Below the pieces are notes generated by a model. It saw only the letters and a program-made list of their open reading frames with translations. It did not search any database and was not told where the DNA came from. Position numbers and translations under genes: made by a program. A stretch of 64,000 bases of DNA, from NCBI GenBank assembly GCA_038321865.1, contig JBBQFH010000003.1, positions 64,001-128,000 of the forward strand, read 5' to 3'. Numbering within the stretch: position 1 is the first letter of the stretch; the number at the start of each line of letters is the position of its first letter. Shown here one piece after another: positions 9,962 through 19,692 of this stretch. The DNA comes from Gemmatimonadales bacterium. GTDB taxonomy: Bacteria; Gemmatimonadota; Gemmatimonadetes; Gemmatimonadales; GWC2-71-9.

Positions 9962-10042
9962 ATGGCGAGTGCCGTCCGCGGGGCGCTCACGCTGACGCTG
10001 TTCCTGGGCCTTCCCCGCGCGGGCGCAGCACCCCGTCCATGA
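9962..10042 (+). CDS. 26-aa signal-peptide-like ORF (uORF or remnant) coupled to the GNAT start
   Basis: GGAGGAG SD; MASAVRGALTLTLFLGLPRAGAAPRP*; TGA overlaps the next ATG. Confidence 0.35.
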   Translation: MASAVRGALTLTLFLGLPRAGAAPRP

Positions 10043-10581
10043 GCTCCATTGACCTGCAGCCCGTCCTGAAGGGCGAGCTGCTCGAGCTCAGGCCGCTTCG
10101 GGCCGAGGATTTCGACGCGCTGTTCGCGGTGGCGGCGGATCCATTCATCTGGGAGCAGCATCCGGCCGCCGATCGGTATCGGGAAGACGTGTTCCGTGCA
10201 TTTTTCCGTGAGGCGATGGAGTCAGGCGGTGGGCTGCTCGTCACCGATGCCCGGGACGGCACCGTCATCGGGTCGTCCCGTTATCACGGGCACGACGCGG
10301 CGAGACGGGAGCTCGAAATCGGCTGGACCTTTCTGGCCCGGCAGTACTGGGGCGGCCGCTACAACGGCGAGATGAAGCGGCTCATGCTGGACCACGCCTT
10401 TGGCTTCGTCGACCGCGTGCTCTTCCTGGTCGGCCCGCACAATCTGCGCTCGCAGCGCGCCGTGGAAAAGCTCGGCGCGCGCCGCGCCGGATCGAGGTTC
10501 GCCCCGGACGGGCGGGAGAGCGTGGTCTTCGAGATTACCGAAGCCGATCGGATCCAGGCCACCCCGGCGCATGGGCACTGA
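10039..10581 (+). CDS. GNAT N-acetyltransferase (RimJ/RimL-like)
   Basis: LEIGWTFLAR.YWG...N.RSQRAVEKLGA. Confidence 0.9.
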   Translation: MSSIDLQPVLKGELLELRPLRAEDFDALFAVAADPFIWEQHPAADRYREDVFRAFFREAMESGGGLLVTDARDGTVIGSSRYHGHDAARRELEIGWTFLARQYWGGRYNGEMKRLMLDHAFGFVDRVLFLVGPHNLRSQRAVEKLGARRAGSRFAPDGRESVVFEITEADRIQATPAHGH

Positions 10582-11008
10582 GATCCGCCTGTTGCGGCCG
10601 GAAGATGCCCACGTGCTCGAGCGCGTCGCGCCGGAGGTCTTCGACCGGCCGGTCGATCTTCTCTGGAGCACCGAGTTCCTGGCCGATGCACGCCATCACC
10701 TCGCCGTGGCGATCGACGACGGCCTCGTGGTCGGCATGGCTACTGGCGTCCACTACGTCAATCCTGACAAGGCGCCCGAGCTCTGGATCAACGAGGTCGG
10801 GGTCGCAGCCAGCCACCGCCGACTCGGCATCGGTGCAGGGCTGCTCGACGCGCTGTTCTGCCGGGGCCGGGAACTCGGCTGCCGGCAGGCGTGGGTGCTT
10901 GCCGACCAGTCGAACACCGTCGCGCACAGGCTGTACGCCGGCAGCGGAGGCCGTGCGTCGGCGGAGCCAGCCATCATGTTCGAGTTCGGACTGCAGGACG
11001 CCTGCTGA
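10571..11008 (+). CDS. GNAT N-acetyltransferase
   Basis: INEVGVAASHRRLGIG acetyl-CoA motif; N..A..LY...G. Confidence 0.88.
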   Translation: MGTEIRLLRPEDAHVLERVAPEVFDRPVDLLWSTEFLADARHHLAVAIDDGLVVGMATGVHYVNPDKAPELWINEVGVAASHRRLGIGAGLLDALFCRGRELGCRQAWVLADQSNTVAHRLYAGSGGRASAEPAIMFEFGLQDAC

Positions 11009-11053
11009 GGTGAGCGCCGGGAGTGACTGATGGAACCCGAAGCGAGCTGACGA

Positions 11054-11389
11054 ATGCACACACCGTTCCGCTCCAGCTGCGAAATTGCGATCGAGGTGGC
11101 CGACCTCGACCGGGCGGAGGCGTTCTATACGTCGGCCTTCGGCTTCCGGCTTGTCGCCCGGACGGACGAATATCTGGAGTTCGACACCGGGGTCCTGCGG
11201 TTGTTCGTCAAGCCGGCGCCCGTCCCCCTGGCCGCGGTGGTGCCGTCGTTCGACGTTGCCGATGCGGCTGCGGCGCGATCCCGGCTCGAGGCGGCGGGTT
11301 GCACCGTCGAGCGGGTGTCGCCGGATGGACGGGGCTTTTACGTCCGCGACCCGTTCGGGCTGACATACGACATCATCGAGCGAACGTAG
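11054..11389 (+). CDS. VOC family protein
   Basis: V.DLDRAEAFY...FGF; FYVRDPFG. Confidence 0.85.
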   Translation: MHTPFRSSCEIAIEVADLDRAEAFYTSAFGFRLVARTDEYLEFDTGVLRLFVKPAPVPLAAVVPSFDVADAAAARSRLEAAGCTVERVSPDGRGFYVRDPFGLTYDIIERT

Positions 11390-11419
11390 AGAATTCCTGT
11401 GATACGTGGCGAACGCCGA

Positions 11420-11899
11420 ATGACTCCTTTACGCGTGGTAATCGCGTCGCTGACCTGTTCGATCGCCTGCAACGGCGGCCCTGATCCGCTGGCCGTGGTG
11501 ACGCCGCCGGCCGGGCTCACCTACGCCTATGCGGCGCCGAGCTGTGCGCCGTGGGATGGCTATGCGGTGAGCCTGGTGCTCCGCGTCGACTCACTCGCCG
11601 ATTCGGTGAGCGCGATCGAGGGCGGGACGGGCGCCGCGCTGCAGCTGGCGATCTATCCTCGCGCGGCCGGTGGACTGGTGCCGGGAACCTACGAGTGGCC
11701 GGCCAATCCCGATGTGGCCGGCGGGGCGCGATGCGAAAGCGGAAGTTGCACAGCGCTCCCGCGCGGCGCGATCACGATTCGGCGGATAGGCGGCGATCAA
11801 TCGCTCGAGGGATCGATCGTCATCTGGCCGGCCAGCGGCGCGCCGGTGCACGGCGGATTCCGCGCGGCGTGGCGGCCGCGCCAGGCGTTGTGCGGCTAG
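11420..11899 (+). CDS. Hypothetical lipoprotein
   Basis: Hydrophobic N-terminus with SIAC lipobox; CAPWDG.A motif. Confidence 0.6.
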   Translation: MTPLRVVIASLTCSIACNGGPDPLAVVTPPAGLTYAYAAPSCAPWDGYAVSLVLRVDSLADSVSAIEGGTGAALQLAIYPRAAGGLVPGTYEWPANPDVAGGARCESGSCTALPRGAITIRRIGGDQSLEGSIVIWPASGAPVHGGFRAAWRPRQALCG

Positions 11900-12405
11900 T
11901 GCGGGAGCTCTCGTCTCGGCAGACCTTTCTGGTCAAATGGATCGTTCCGCCGGCCTGGATCGGGGCCTTCGGGAGCGCGACCATCGCGTTGTGGTACGGT
12001 GCGACCGCGGTGCCGCTCACCGACACCAGGCTCAGATGGCTGTTCCCGGTGGTCTGGCTCCTGGGCTCCCTGTTCATCTACCTCAACTGCGTGCGCCTCA
12101 AGCGGGTTCGGCTGGACGGGTCCACGCTGCTGGTCTCCGATTACCGGCGCGAGATCCGCATTCCGCTGCGCGATGTCGAAGCCGTGACCGAGCTCCGCTG
12201 GGTCAACATTCATCCGGTGACACTGCACCTGCGGCGGCCATCGGACTTCGGCGAGCGGATCGTCTTCATGCCGCCGACGCGCTGGTTCATGGGCTGGCTG
12301 CCGCATCCGCTCGTGCAGGAGCTGCGGGACCTGGTGCACCAGGAACGTCTCGAAGCCATCCATCCGTCGGCACCTCCGCCTCAGCGGCCGCTCGGCGCCG
12401 GCTGA
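11899..12405 (+). CDS. Hypothetical membrane protein (2 TM plus PH-like soluble part)
   Basis: GTG overlapping upstream TAG; two hydrophobic segments followed by a beta-rich region. Confidence 0.6.
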   Translation: MRELSSRQTFLVKWIVPPAWIGAFGSATIALWYGATAVPLTDTRLRWLFPVVWLLGSLFIYLNCVRLKRVRLDGSTLLVSDYRREIRIPLRDVEAVTELRWVNIHPVTLHLRRPSDFGERIVFMPPTRWFMGWLPHPLVQELRDLVHQERLEAIHPSAPPPQRPLGAG

Positions 12406-12749
12406 CCGAACGGATCGCCAAAGAGATCGTCCTCGGACACCACGTAGCGGGTCAGCGGGTGCAACCGGAGCCGCCGCACGAATCTGGGCGGCAGGCCGTA
12501 CAGCCGTATCCGACCGGTACCCCGCCGCTCGGCGTCGCGGCACAGGTCCCACAGGCACGCCGCGGCCGCGGGATCGACAGCCGACACCGCCTCACACCGC
12601 AGGATGATGAACTGGGCGTCGGCGCCGACGCGGTCGAGCACGTAGCGAACGTGCTCGACCGCGCTCACGTCGAGCGGGCCGGCGATGCGGAGGGGAAAGG
12701 TGTGGTCCAGGCGGCGTCGGGCCAGCGAAAGCGCGGCGGGTTCTGACAT
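12381..12749 (-). CDS. STAS-domain protein
   Basis: LRIAGPLD....ILRCEAVSAVDPAAAACL...IRLYGL....RRL pattern. Confidence 0.6.
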   Translation of the reverse strand: MSEPAALSLARRRLDHTFPLRIAGPLDVSAVEHVRYVLDRVGADAQFIILRCEAVSAVDPAAAACLWDLCRDAERRGTGRIRLYGLPPRFVRRLRLHPLTRYVVSEDDLFGDPFGQPAPSGR

Positions 12750-12812
12750 GCCGCGAAGATGGGCGGGCTCGGTCACGGCTGGCCCCGCGTCATGTAACGC
12801 GAGCGCAACGAC

Positions 12813-14522
12813 TCAGGCCGACGGGAACCAGCAGCTGACGGTGGTGCCGCGGCCGCGCTCGCTCGCGGCGGAGACGCGGCCGCCGTGCCCCTCGACGAGG
12901 TGCTTCACGATGGCGAGGCCGAGGCCGGTCCCGCCTTCTTCGCGGGACCGGGACGGGTCCGCGCGGTAGAAGCGCTCGAAGATCCGCGGGAGGTGGTCGC
13001 GGCTGATGCCCTGACCGTCGTCCCGCACGCTCAAAGCCACGCCGCCCGCCTCGGCGGCGGCACGGCAGACGATCCGCCCGCCGTCCGGCGAGTAGCGGAG
13101 CGAGTTGTCGAGCAGGTTGGTGAGGATCTGGCGGACGGCGTCGCCGTCGGCGGCCAGGGTGACGGCTGTCGGCGCGATCTCGAGCTCGAGGCTGATGCGG
13201 CGCGCCGACGCGCGCTCGGCAAGGGCGCTCCATACCTCGCGCGCAGCGGTGGCAAGGTCGACCGGCTCCCGCTCCGGCTGCCAGCGGCCCGATTCGATGC
13301 GCGAGAGGTCGAGCAGGTCGTCCACCAGCCGCTGCATCCGCCGGGCGTTGTTGAGGATGATGCCCAGAAACCGCTGCGTCGTCTCGGCGTCCGGGTGGTC
13401 GGTGAGGAGCGTCTCCGCGTACCCCGACACCGACGTGAGCGGTGTCTTCAGCTCATGTGACACGTTGGCGACAAAGTCGCGCCGCACCGTTTCGAGCCGG
13501 CGCATCTCGGTGAGCTCGTGCAGCACCAGCACCGCACCGCCGTCCGGCAGCGGACGGGCGTTCAACAGTGCCACCCGGCCGTCGAGCTCGACCTGCTGGT
13601 CCTGGACCGGCTGGCCGGCGAGCACGGCCGTCACGGCCTCGCGGGCCGCTCGAGCGCGGAAGAGCGCGGGGAGCGCGGGGAGCGGCGCATCCGGCGCGTA
13701 GCCCAGCAGCCGGCGCGCCGCGCCGTTGAGGGTGACGATGTTGCCGCGGCGGTCGGCGGCGATCACGCTTTCGACCATCGCCTCGACCACGGCGCCGGAT
13801 TCGGCGCGTTCCCGCCGCAGCAGCTCGAATCGTTCGCCGAGCTGGGCGTGCATGTCCCTGAGCGCGGCGCCCACGGCATCGATGTCGGTGATGCCCGACC
13901 GGGGAATCCGGGGCGCCTCGCCGATGGCGATCGCGTGGGCGGCGGTGCCGATGGCGGCCAGCGGCCGCGCGAATGACCGGGCGGCAACAAGGGCGACCAG
14001 GATGCCGACAAGCAGGGCGATTGCCGCCGCGCCGATGACCGCCCCCTGCGCCTGCCGCACCGTTGCGTTCACGCGGGAGAGATCGCCCGCCACCCGGATG
14101 ACACCGGGCCCGCCCGGCACCGCGACGTACATCAGATCGCGGCCCACGGTTGCGCTGCGGCGGACGGCGGGCTCGCTCCGGCCGGCCAGCGCGGCCCGCA
14201 CCTCCGGCCGGTGGGCGTGGTTTTCGATGGTGGGGGGAAGCGGTCCGGGCGGGAAGTCGCTGTCGGCGCGGACCCGGCCATCGCGGTCCACGACCGTGAC
14301 CCGGTCACCGCTCTCGCTGCCGAGCCGCCGCACGGCGGCCTGCCAGTCGAGTGAATCGGCGGGGAGCGCTGCGCGTACCAGCCGCGCCTCCTGCTCGAGC
14401 GACCGGGCGATGTCGTGCTCGAGGTCGAGACGGAGCGAACGTTCGGCAGCCCAGACCAGCGTGGCGACGGTGATGAAAACGACGAGGGCGATGCCGGCGA
14501 TGAGCCGCCGTGCGAAGGTCAC
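12813..14522 (-). CDS. phoR: PhoR-like sensor histidine kinase (HAMP-PAS-HisKA-HATPase)
   Basis: RRDFVANVSHELKTPLT H-box; NLLDNS, D.G.GI, RIFERFYR.D and GGTGLGLAIVKH boxes. Confidence 0.8.
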   Translation of the reverse strand: MTFARRLIAGIALVVFITVATLVWAAERSLRLDLEHDIARSLEQEARLVRAALPADSLDWQAAVRRLGSESGDRVTVVDRDGRVRADSDFPPGPLPPTIENHAHRPEVRAALAGRSEPAVRRSATVGRDLMYVAVPGGPGVIRVAGDLSRVNATVRQAQGAVIGAAAIALLVGILVALVAARSFARPLAAIGTAAHAIAIGEAPRIPRSGITDIDAVGAALRDMHAQLGERFELLRRERAESGAVVEAMVESVIAADRRGNIVTLNGAARRLLGYAPDAPLPALPALFRARAAREAVTAVLAGQPVQDQQVELDGRVALLNARPLPDGGAVLVLHELTEMRRLETVRRDFVANVSHELKTPLTSVSGYAETLLTDHPDAETTQRFLGIILNNARRMQRLVDDLLDLSRIESGRWQPEREPVDLATAAREVWSALAERASARRISLELEIAPTAVTLAADGDAVRQILTNLLDNSLRYSPDGGRIVCRAAAEAGGVALSVRDDGQGISRDHLPRIFERFYRADPSRSREEGGTGLGLAIVKHLVEGHGGRVSAASERGRGTTVSCWFPSA

Positions 14523-15223
14523 GGCCGCCCGTCGCGCTCGCCGGCCCGGAAGCGATAGCCGAAGCCGCGGACCGTCTCGATCATGTGGCCTTCGGTGCCG
14601 AGCTTGGTGCGGAGCCGCTGCACGTGCATGTCCACCGTTCGCGTCTGGATGTCGGGCTGCGCCTCCCAGACGGTCTCCAGGAGCTGCGGGCGGCTCTGGA
14701 CCCGGCCACGCCGCTCGACGAGGGTGAGGAGCAGCTTGTATTCCGTCGCGGTCAGCGGCAGCTCGTGGCCGTCCATCGCGGCCCGGTGGGCGGCGCGGTC
14801 GATGGTGATCGGGCCGGCACTGAGCGTGGACCCGGCCGACACGGCCGGCGCGGCCAGCCGCCGGAGGATGGCGGCGACGCGGAGCGCCAGCTCGGCCGGA
14901 GAAAAGGGCTTGGTGAGGTAGTCGTCGGCGCCGAGGGAGAGGCCGCGGATGCGGTCGGCCTCCTCGCGGCGGGAGGTGAGGAGGATGACGCCGACGTCCC
15001 GGGTTTCCTCCATGCGACGGAGCTCCGCCAGGACGTCGTAGCCCGACGTGCCCGGGAGCATGAGGTCGAGGATGACGACGTCCGGCCGCTCGGTCCGGGC
15101 GGCGCGGAGCGCCTCGGGGCCCGTGGCCGCGGTGGAGACGCGATATCCGGCCTTGGCCAGATGATACGCGACGAGCGCGGTGATGTCGGGTTCGTCGTCC
15201 ACTACCAGGATACGATGGCTCAT
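14519..15223 (-). CDS. phoB: PhoB/OmpR-family response regulator
   Basis: ILVVDDE, LDLMLPG, GADDYLTKPF, TRTVDMHVQRLR.KLG and IETVRGFGY motifs. Confidence 0.8.
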   Translation of the reverse strand: MSHRILVVDDEPDITALVAYHLAKAGYRVSTAATGPEALRAARTERPDVVILDLMLPGTSGYDVLAELRRMEETRDVGVILLTSRREEADRIRGLSLGADDYLTKPFSPAELALRVAAILRRLAAPAVSAGSTLSAGPITIDRAAHRAAMDGHELPLTATEYKLLLTLVERRGRVQSRPQLLETVWEAQPDIQTRTVDMHVQRLRTKLGTEGHMIETVRGFGYRFRAGERDGRP

Positions 15224-15262
15224 AGGCGGCGAAACCAATATACCGCCATTATATTTTTTGCC
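15224..15262. promoter_or_regulatory. AT-rich divergent promoter region with overlapping -10 hexamers
   Basis: TATATT (+, 15250-15255) lies 7 nt before ATG 15263; TATAAT (-, 15248-15253) and TATATT (-, 15237-15242) face phoB. Confidence 0.5.
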
Positions 15263-18200
15263 ATGCTTCCCTCCCTGATGCTGCTGGCCGCGCTGGCCGG
15301 CGCTCCGCAGGACACCGCCCATATCGTCATCGTCGCCACCACCGATGTCCACGGCCGTGCCACCGCGTGGGAATACGTCACCGGCAAGCCATTCGGCGGC
15401 GGGCTGGTGCGCGTGGCGACGATCGTGGACTCCCTCCGGAAGCGCTATCCCGGGCAGGTGATCGTCGCCGACGCCGGCGACCTGCTCCAGGGCGATCCGT
15501 TCGCCGCCTACTACGCGACCGTCGGCCCGCGGGATCCCAACCCGATCGTCGAGGCCATGAACCTGGTAGGCTACGATGTGGCCACGCTGGGCAATCACGA
15601 CTTTAACTGGGGCCTCCCGTTCCTGCGGCGCTCGCTGGCCGGCGCCGCCTTTCCGTATGTGAGCGGCAACGTCTACGACCTGCCGGCCGACACGCTGCTC
15701 TATCCGGCCTACGTCGTGCTCCGGCGCCAGGGCGTCCGGGTCGGCGTCGCGGGGTTCACGACGCCGGGCGTGATGCTGTGGGACCGTGAGAACGTGAAGG
15801 GGAAGGTCCGGGTGGGCCGGGTGTCGGCGAGCGCCGGGGCGGTGCTGCGGAACCTCGCCCGCGACGCCGATCTTCGCATCGTGCTGATTCACAGCGGCAT
15901 GGACGGGGCGGCGTCCTACGACACGACGGGTGTCGGCGACGAGAACGTCGCCGCGACGCTCGCCGCGCTGCCGTCGAAGCCCGACCTCGTGCTGGTGGGC
16001 CATTCCCACCGCGAGATGCGCGACTCGGTGATCAGCGGCGTGCACTTCATCCAGCCGAAGAACTGGGCGCAGCAAGTATCGGTCGCCCACGTGGACCTGA
16101 TCCGTGACCGAGGCCGCTGGCGGGTCATGCGGATCACCGGTGAGCTGGTGCCGCTGGCCGATGTGCCGCCGGCTCCGCGCCTGGCCGCCCGGCTGGAAGC
16201 CGCCCAGCGTGACGTCCAGGCCTGGGTGGCCCAGCCGCTCGGCCAGGCGGCAGGGGCGATGCGCTCCACCTTCGGCCGCGCGGAGCCGACGGCGATCGCC
16301 AACTTCGTGAATGACTTCCAGCGGAAGCACACCGGCGCCCAGCTGTCCACCACCTCGATCTTCAACACGGCGTCGGGGTTCAGCGCCGGACCGATCCGGC
16401 TGGCCGACGTCGCCGGCGTCTATCCCTACGAGAACACCCTGCGGGCCGTGCGCATCAGCGGCGACGCGCTCAAGGCGTTCCTGGAGCAGAGCGCCCGCTA
16501 CTACCGGAGCGATCCGTCGGGCCACGTCTCGATCAACGACAGCATCGCCGGGTACAACTTCGACATCGTCGGCGGCGCGACGTACGACATGGACCTCCGG
16601 CTTCCGGTGGGCAGCCGCATCCGGAACCTCGCGGTCGGCGGACGGCCGGTCGCGTCCACCGACACCTTCACCTTCGCCGTCAACAGCTACCGGCAGGCGG
16701 GCGGCGGCGGATACGACATGCTGCGCGGCGCGCCCGTCGTCTATGACCGGGGCGAGAACATCCGGGACCTGCTGGTGGACGAGATCCGCGCCCGCGGCAC
16801 GATCGACCCGGCCGCCTACACCCGCTCGGAGTGGCGGATCCTAGGCGATGAGGCCGCGGGCGAGGCGCACGCGCTCGCGGGCGGGGCACCCCCGGTCCGG
16901 GCCAGCACACCCCGCACGCCGGCCGACAGCATCATCCTCCGCGTGCTGGCGATCAGCGACTTCCACGGCGCGCTCCTGCCCAGGGTGCAGAGCTGGTCCA
17001 AGGGCCGGCTGGCCGGCGGCGCCGCCGCGCTCAAGGCACGGATGGATACCGCCGCCGCGCATTGCGGCGGCTGCCCGGTGCTCCGGGTCGATGCCGGAGA
17101 CGAGATGCAGGGCACCCTCGAATCCAATCTGTTCTACGGGCGCTCGACGATCGAGGTGTTCAACCGCATGGGGATCCAGGCCGCCGCGGTCGGGAACCAC
17201 GACTTCGACTGGTCGGTGGATACCCTCCGCCAGCGGATGGCGCAGTCGCGATATCCCTGGCTGGCGTCGAATATCTTCGACTCGACCACCGGCCGCCGGC
17301 CGGTCTGGGCGGTGCCGTACCGGATCCTGACTGCGGGCAAGCTGCGGGTGGCGGTGATCGGATGGATCACGCCGGAGACGAAGACGATCGTGAAGGCGGA
17401 ATTCGTGCGCGGGCTCCGCTTCGCGGCCGGCGCGGCCGCCATCCGCGACGTGATCGCCGACGTGCAGGCGCAGAAGCCCGACGTGACCATCCTGGTGGCG
17501 CATTCCGGGGCGGTGTGCGACTCGCTCGGCTGTTCCGGCGAGATTCTCGACCTTGCCCGGGAACTGGGGCCGGCGGTGGACATGATCGTCGCGGGGCACA
17601 CGCACCGGCTGGTGAACGTAGCCGTCGGGGGCGTGCGGGTCGTCGAGGCGCGGAGCAGCGGCACCGCGCTCGGCGTGCTCGACCTGCTCCGGACGCCGGT
17701 GGGAAGCCGGCTGGAGCAGAGCCGGGTCGAGTCGGTGTACGACGATGAGGTCACCCCGGACACCGCCGTCGCCCGCATCGTGGCCGCGTACGCGGCGCGC
17801 ACCGATACGCTGGCCCGGCGCGTCGTGGCGCAGATCAAGCTCCCGCTCCCCAAGACGGGGGACCAGGGGCAGTATCCGCTCGGCAATCTGATCGCGGACG
17901 CGCAGCGCAACGTCGCCCGCGCCGACCTCGCGCTGATGAACAACGGCGGCATCCGGGGAACGGGACTGGCGGCCGGCCCGCTCACCTACGGCCAGCTCTT
18001 CCAGTTGAGCCCGTTCCAGAACAACGTCGTGCGCGTGACTACCACCGGCGCGGTGATTCGGCAGGTGATGGAACATGCGCTCGAGTCCGGCCGACCGGAT
18101 GCGCATATCTCGGGCTTTACGGTGCGCTACGATACGATGAAGCTGGCCGGGCATCGGGTGATGGAGATGCGACTGGCCTCCGGGCGGCGCATGACCGACA

Positions 18201-18388
18201 AGGCGACCTATACCCTCGCGACGCTCGATTTCCTCCAGACCGGCGGCAGCGGGTACGCGATGCTGATCAACCAGCCCACCCAGCGGGGCTTCGGCACCGA
18301 TATCGACGCGCTGCTGACCTACCTGCGCCGCCTGCCCCAGCCGGTCGAGGCGCCGGAGGCGCCGCGCATCGTGCCGGTGGGCCGGTGA
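15263..18388 (+). CDS. Secreted tandem 2',3'-cyclic phosphodiesterase/5'-nucleotidase (two metallophosphoesterase plus C-terminal modules)
   Basis: Two full motif sets: TTDVHG/DAGD/GNHD/GHSH and SDFHG/DAGD/GNHD/GHTH, each followed by a 5'-nucleotidase C-domain. Confidence 0.9.
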   Translation: MLPSLMLLAALAGAPQDTAHIVIVATTDVHGRATAWEYVTGKPFGGGLVRVATIVDSLRKRYPGQVIVADAGDLLQGDPFAAYYATVGPRDPNPIVEAMNLVGYDVATLGNHDFNWGLPFLRRSLAGAAFPYVSGNVYDLPADTLLYPAYVVLRRQGVRVGVAGFTTPGVMLWDRENVKGKVRVGRVSASAGAVLRNLARDADLRIVLIHSGMDGAASYDTTGVGDENVAATLAALPSKPDLVLVGHSHREMRDSVISGVHFIQPKNWAQQVSVAHVDLIRDRGRWRVMRITGELVPLADVPPAPRLAARLEAAQRDVQAWVAQPLGQAAGAMRSTFGRAEPTAIANFVNDFQRKHTGAQLSTTSIFNTASGFSAGPIRLADVAGVYPYENTLRAVRISGDALKAFLEQSARYYRSDPSGHVSINDSIAGYNFDIVGGATYDMDLRLPVGSRIRNLAVGGRPVASTDTFTFAVNSYRQAGGGGYDMLRGAPVVYDRGENIRDLLVDEIRARGTIDPAAYTRSEWRILGDEAAGEAHALAGGAPPVRASTPRTPADSIILRVLAISDFHGALLPRVQSWSKGRLAGGAAALKARMDTAAAHCGGCPVLRVDAGDEMQGTLESNLFYGRSTIEVFNRMGIQAAAVGNHDFDWSVDTLRQRMAQSRYPWLASNIFDSTTGRRPVWAVPYRILTAGKLRVAVIGWITPETKTIVKAEFVRGLRFAAGAAAIRDVIADVQAQKPDVTILVAHSGAVCDSLGCSGEILDLARELGPAVDMIVAGHTHRLVNVAVGGVRVVEARSSGTALGVLDLLRTPVGSRLEQSRVESVYDDEVTPDTAVARIVAAYAARTDTLARRVVAQIKLPLPKTGDQGQYPLGNLIADAQRNVARADLALMNNGGIRGTGLAAGPLTYGQLFQLSPFQNNVVRVTTTGAVIRQVMEHALESGRPDAHISGFTVRYDTMKLAGHRVMEMRLASGRRMTDKATYTLATLDFLQTGGSGYAMLINQPTQRGFGTDIDALLTYLRRLPQPVEAPEAPRIVPVGR

Positions 18389-18630
18389 GCGACGCCATCA
18401 GGGTGTTCGTGAACGAGCGGCCGGTGGAAGTGCCGGCCGGGAGCACCGTGCTGCGCGCCGTTCGTGTCTTCGATTCGACGCTGGCGAGCCGGCTCGAATC
18501 CGGCCAGGCGTACGTGACCGATGGACGAGGGATTTCGATTCCACCCGACGTGCTGCTCTCGCCAGGCGCGATTCTTCGCGTGGTGGTATCGGCCCGGCGC
18601 GCGGAAGAAAGTCCGGATGCTGACGCGTGA
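18385..18630 (+). CDS. Small beta-grasp (ThiS/2Fe-2S-like fold) hypothetical protein
   Basis: IRVFVNERPVEVPAGSTVL.A; GTGA overlap upstream and overlap with add downstream; no Cys and no terminal GG. Confidence 0.65.
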   Translation: MSDAIRVFVNERPVEVPAGSTVLRAVRVFDSTLASRLESGQAYVTDGRGISIPPDVLLSPGAILRVVVSARRAEESPDADA

Positions 18631-19642
18631 GCTGCTCCGCCGGCTCCCGAAGGCCGAACTGCACAACCACCTCGACGGCTCCCTCCGGCCGGCGACGATG
18701 GTGGACCTGGCGCGGGCGCAGAAGGTCGAACTCCCGACCTCCGATCCCGACGCCCTCGCCCGGCACATGCTGGCGAGCGACGCGCGAAACCTCGAGGACT
18801 ATCTCGCCCGCTTCGATCTGACGATCGCGCTGCTGCAGACGCCCGAGGCGATCGAGCGGGTAGCGTACGAGATGTGCGAGGACGCGGCGCGGGACGGCGT
18901 GCGCTACATCGAGGTCCGCTACTGCCCCCATCTCAGCAACCGGCAGGGGCTGTCCCTCGATCAGGTGGTGGAGGCGGAGCTCCGGGGTTTCGCCCGGGGG
19001 CGAGCCGATTTCGGCATCATCCCGCAGGTGATCAACTGCTCGCTCCGGCATTATGATCCCGGGCTGTCGGCCGCCATCGCCCGTCACTCGGTGGAGTTCC
19101 GGGACCGGGGCGTAGTCGCGTTCGATCTGGCCGGGGGCGAGGCAGGCCGTCCGCCGTCGGTGCACCGGCACGCATTCGACATCGCCGCCGAGGGGAATCT
19201 GGGAATCACGGTCCATGCGGGGGAGGCCGCCGGGGCGGAATCGATCGCGGAAGCGGTGCATCAGTGCCACGCCAACCGGATCGGGCACGGCACCCGCCTG
19301 TACGAAGACCCCGTCCTGCGCGATTATATACGGGACCGCCGTATCCTTCTCGAGTGCAACGTCACCAGCAATCTGCAGACCCGGGTCGTCACGCGGGCGG
19401 GCGAGCATCCGGTGCGGATGTACTTCGATGCCGGGCTCAACGTCACGCTCTGTACCGACAGCTGGCTGATGAGCGGCGTGATGCTGAGTGACGAGTACTG
19501 GCTGGCGCATGCCGAGCTGGGCTTCGACCGCGCGGGGATCGACCGGATGATCCTCAACGCCTTCGAGAGTGCGTTCTATCCGTGGCCGGAGCGGCAGGCG
19601 CTCGTGGCCCAGGTGCGCGAGGAGCTGGCCGACCTCCGCTAG
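18617..19642 (+). CDS. add: Adenosine deaminase
   Basis: LPKAELHNHLDGS, DLAGGE, TVHAGE, RIGHG and TD motifs. Confidence 0.93.
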   Translation: MLTRELLRRLPKAELHNHLDGSLRPATMVDLARAQKVELPTSDPDALARHMLASDARNLEDYLARFDLTIALLQTPEAIERVAYEMCEDAARDGVRYIEVRYCPHLSNRQGLSLDQVVEAELRGFARGRADFGIIPQVINCSLRHYDPGLSAAIARHSVEFRDRGVVAFDLAGGEAGRPPSVHRHAFDIAAEGNLGITVHAGEAAGAESIAEAVHQCHANRIGHGTRLYEDPVLRDYIRDRRILLECNVTSNLQTRVVTRAGEHPVRMYFDAGLNVTLCTDSWLMSGVMLSDEYWLAHAELGFDRAGIDRMILNAFESAFYPWPERQALVAQVREELADLR

Positions 19643-19692
19643 GCGTTTGTTCGCCCTTCTTCCCACCGTCGAATCCAGGGGACGTCCGCCGC

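Noticed and set aside
1..12405. Integron cassette array (runs of short co-oriented VOC/GNAT/hypothetical genes; gccgaacaagcg at about 219 resembles an attC start)
   Set aside because: No repeated RYYYAAC...GTTRRRY paired sites and no integrase; many of the genes overlap directly.
15224..15262. Canonical Pho box
   Set aside because: No CTGTCAT-like direct repeat in the spacer.
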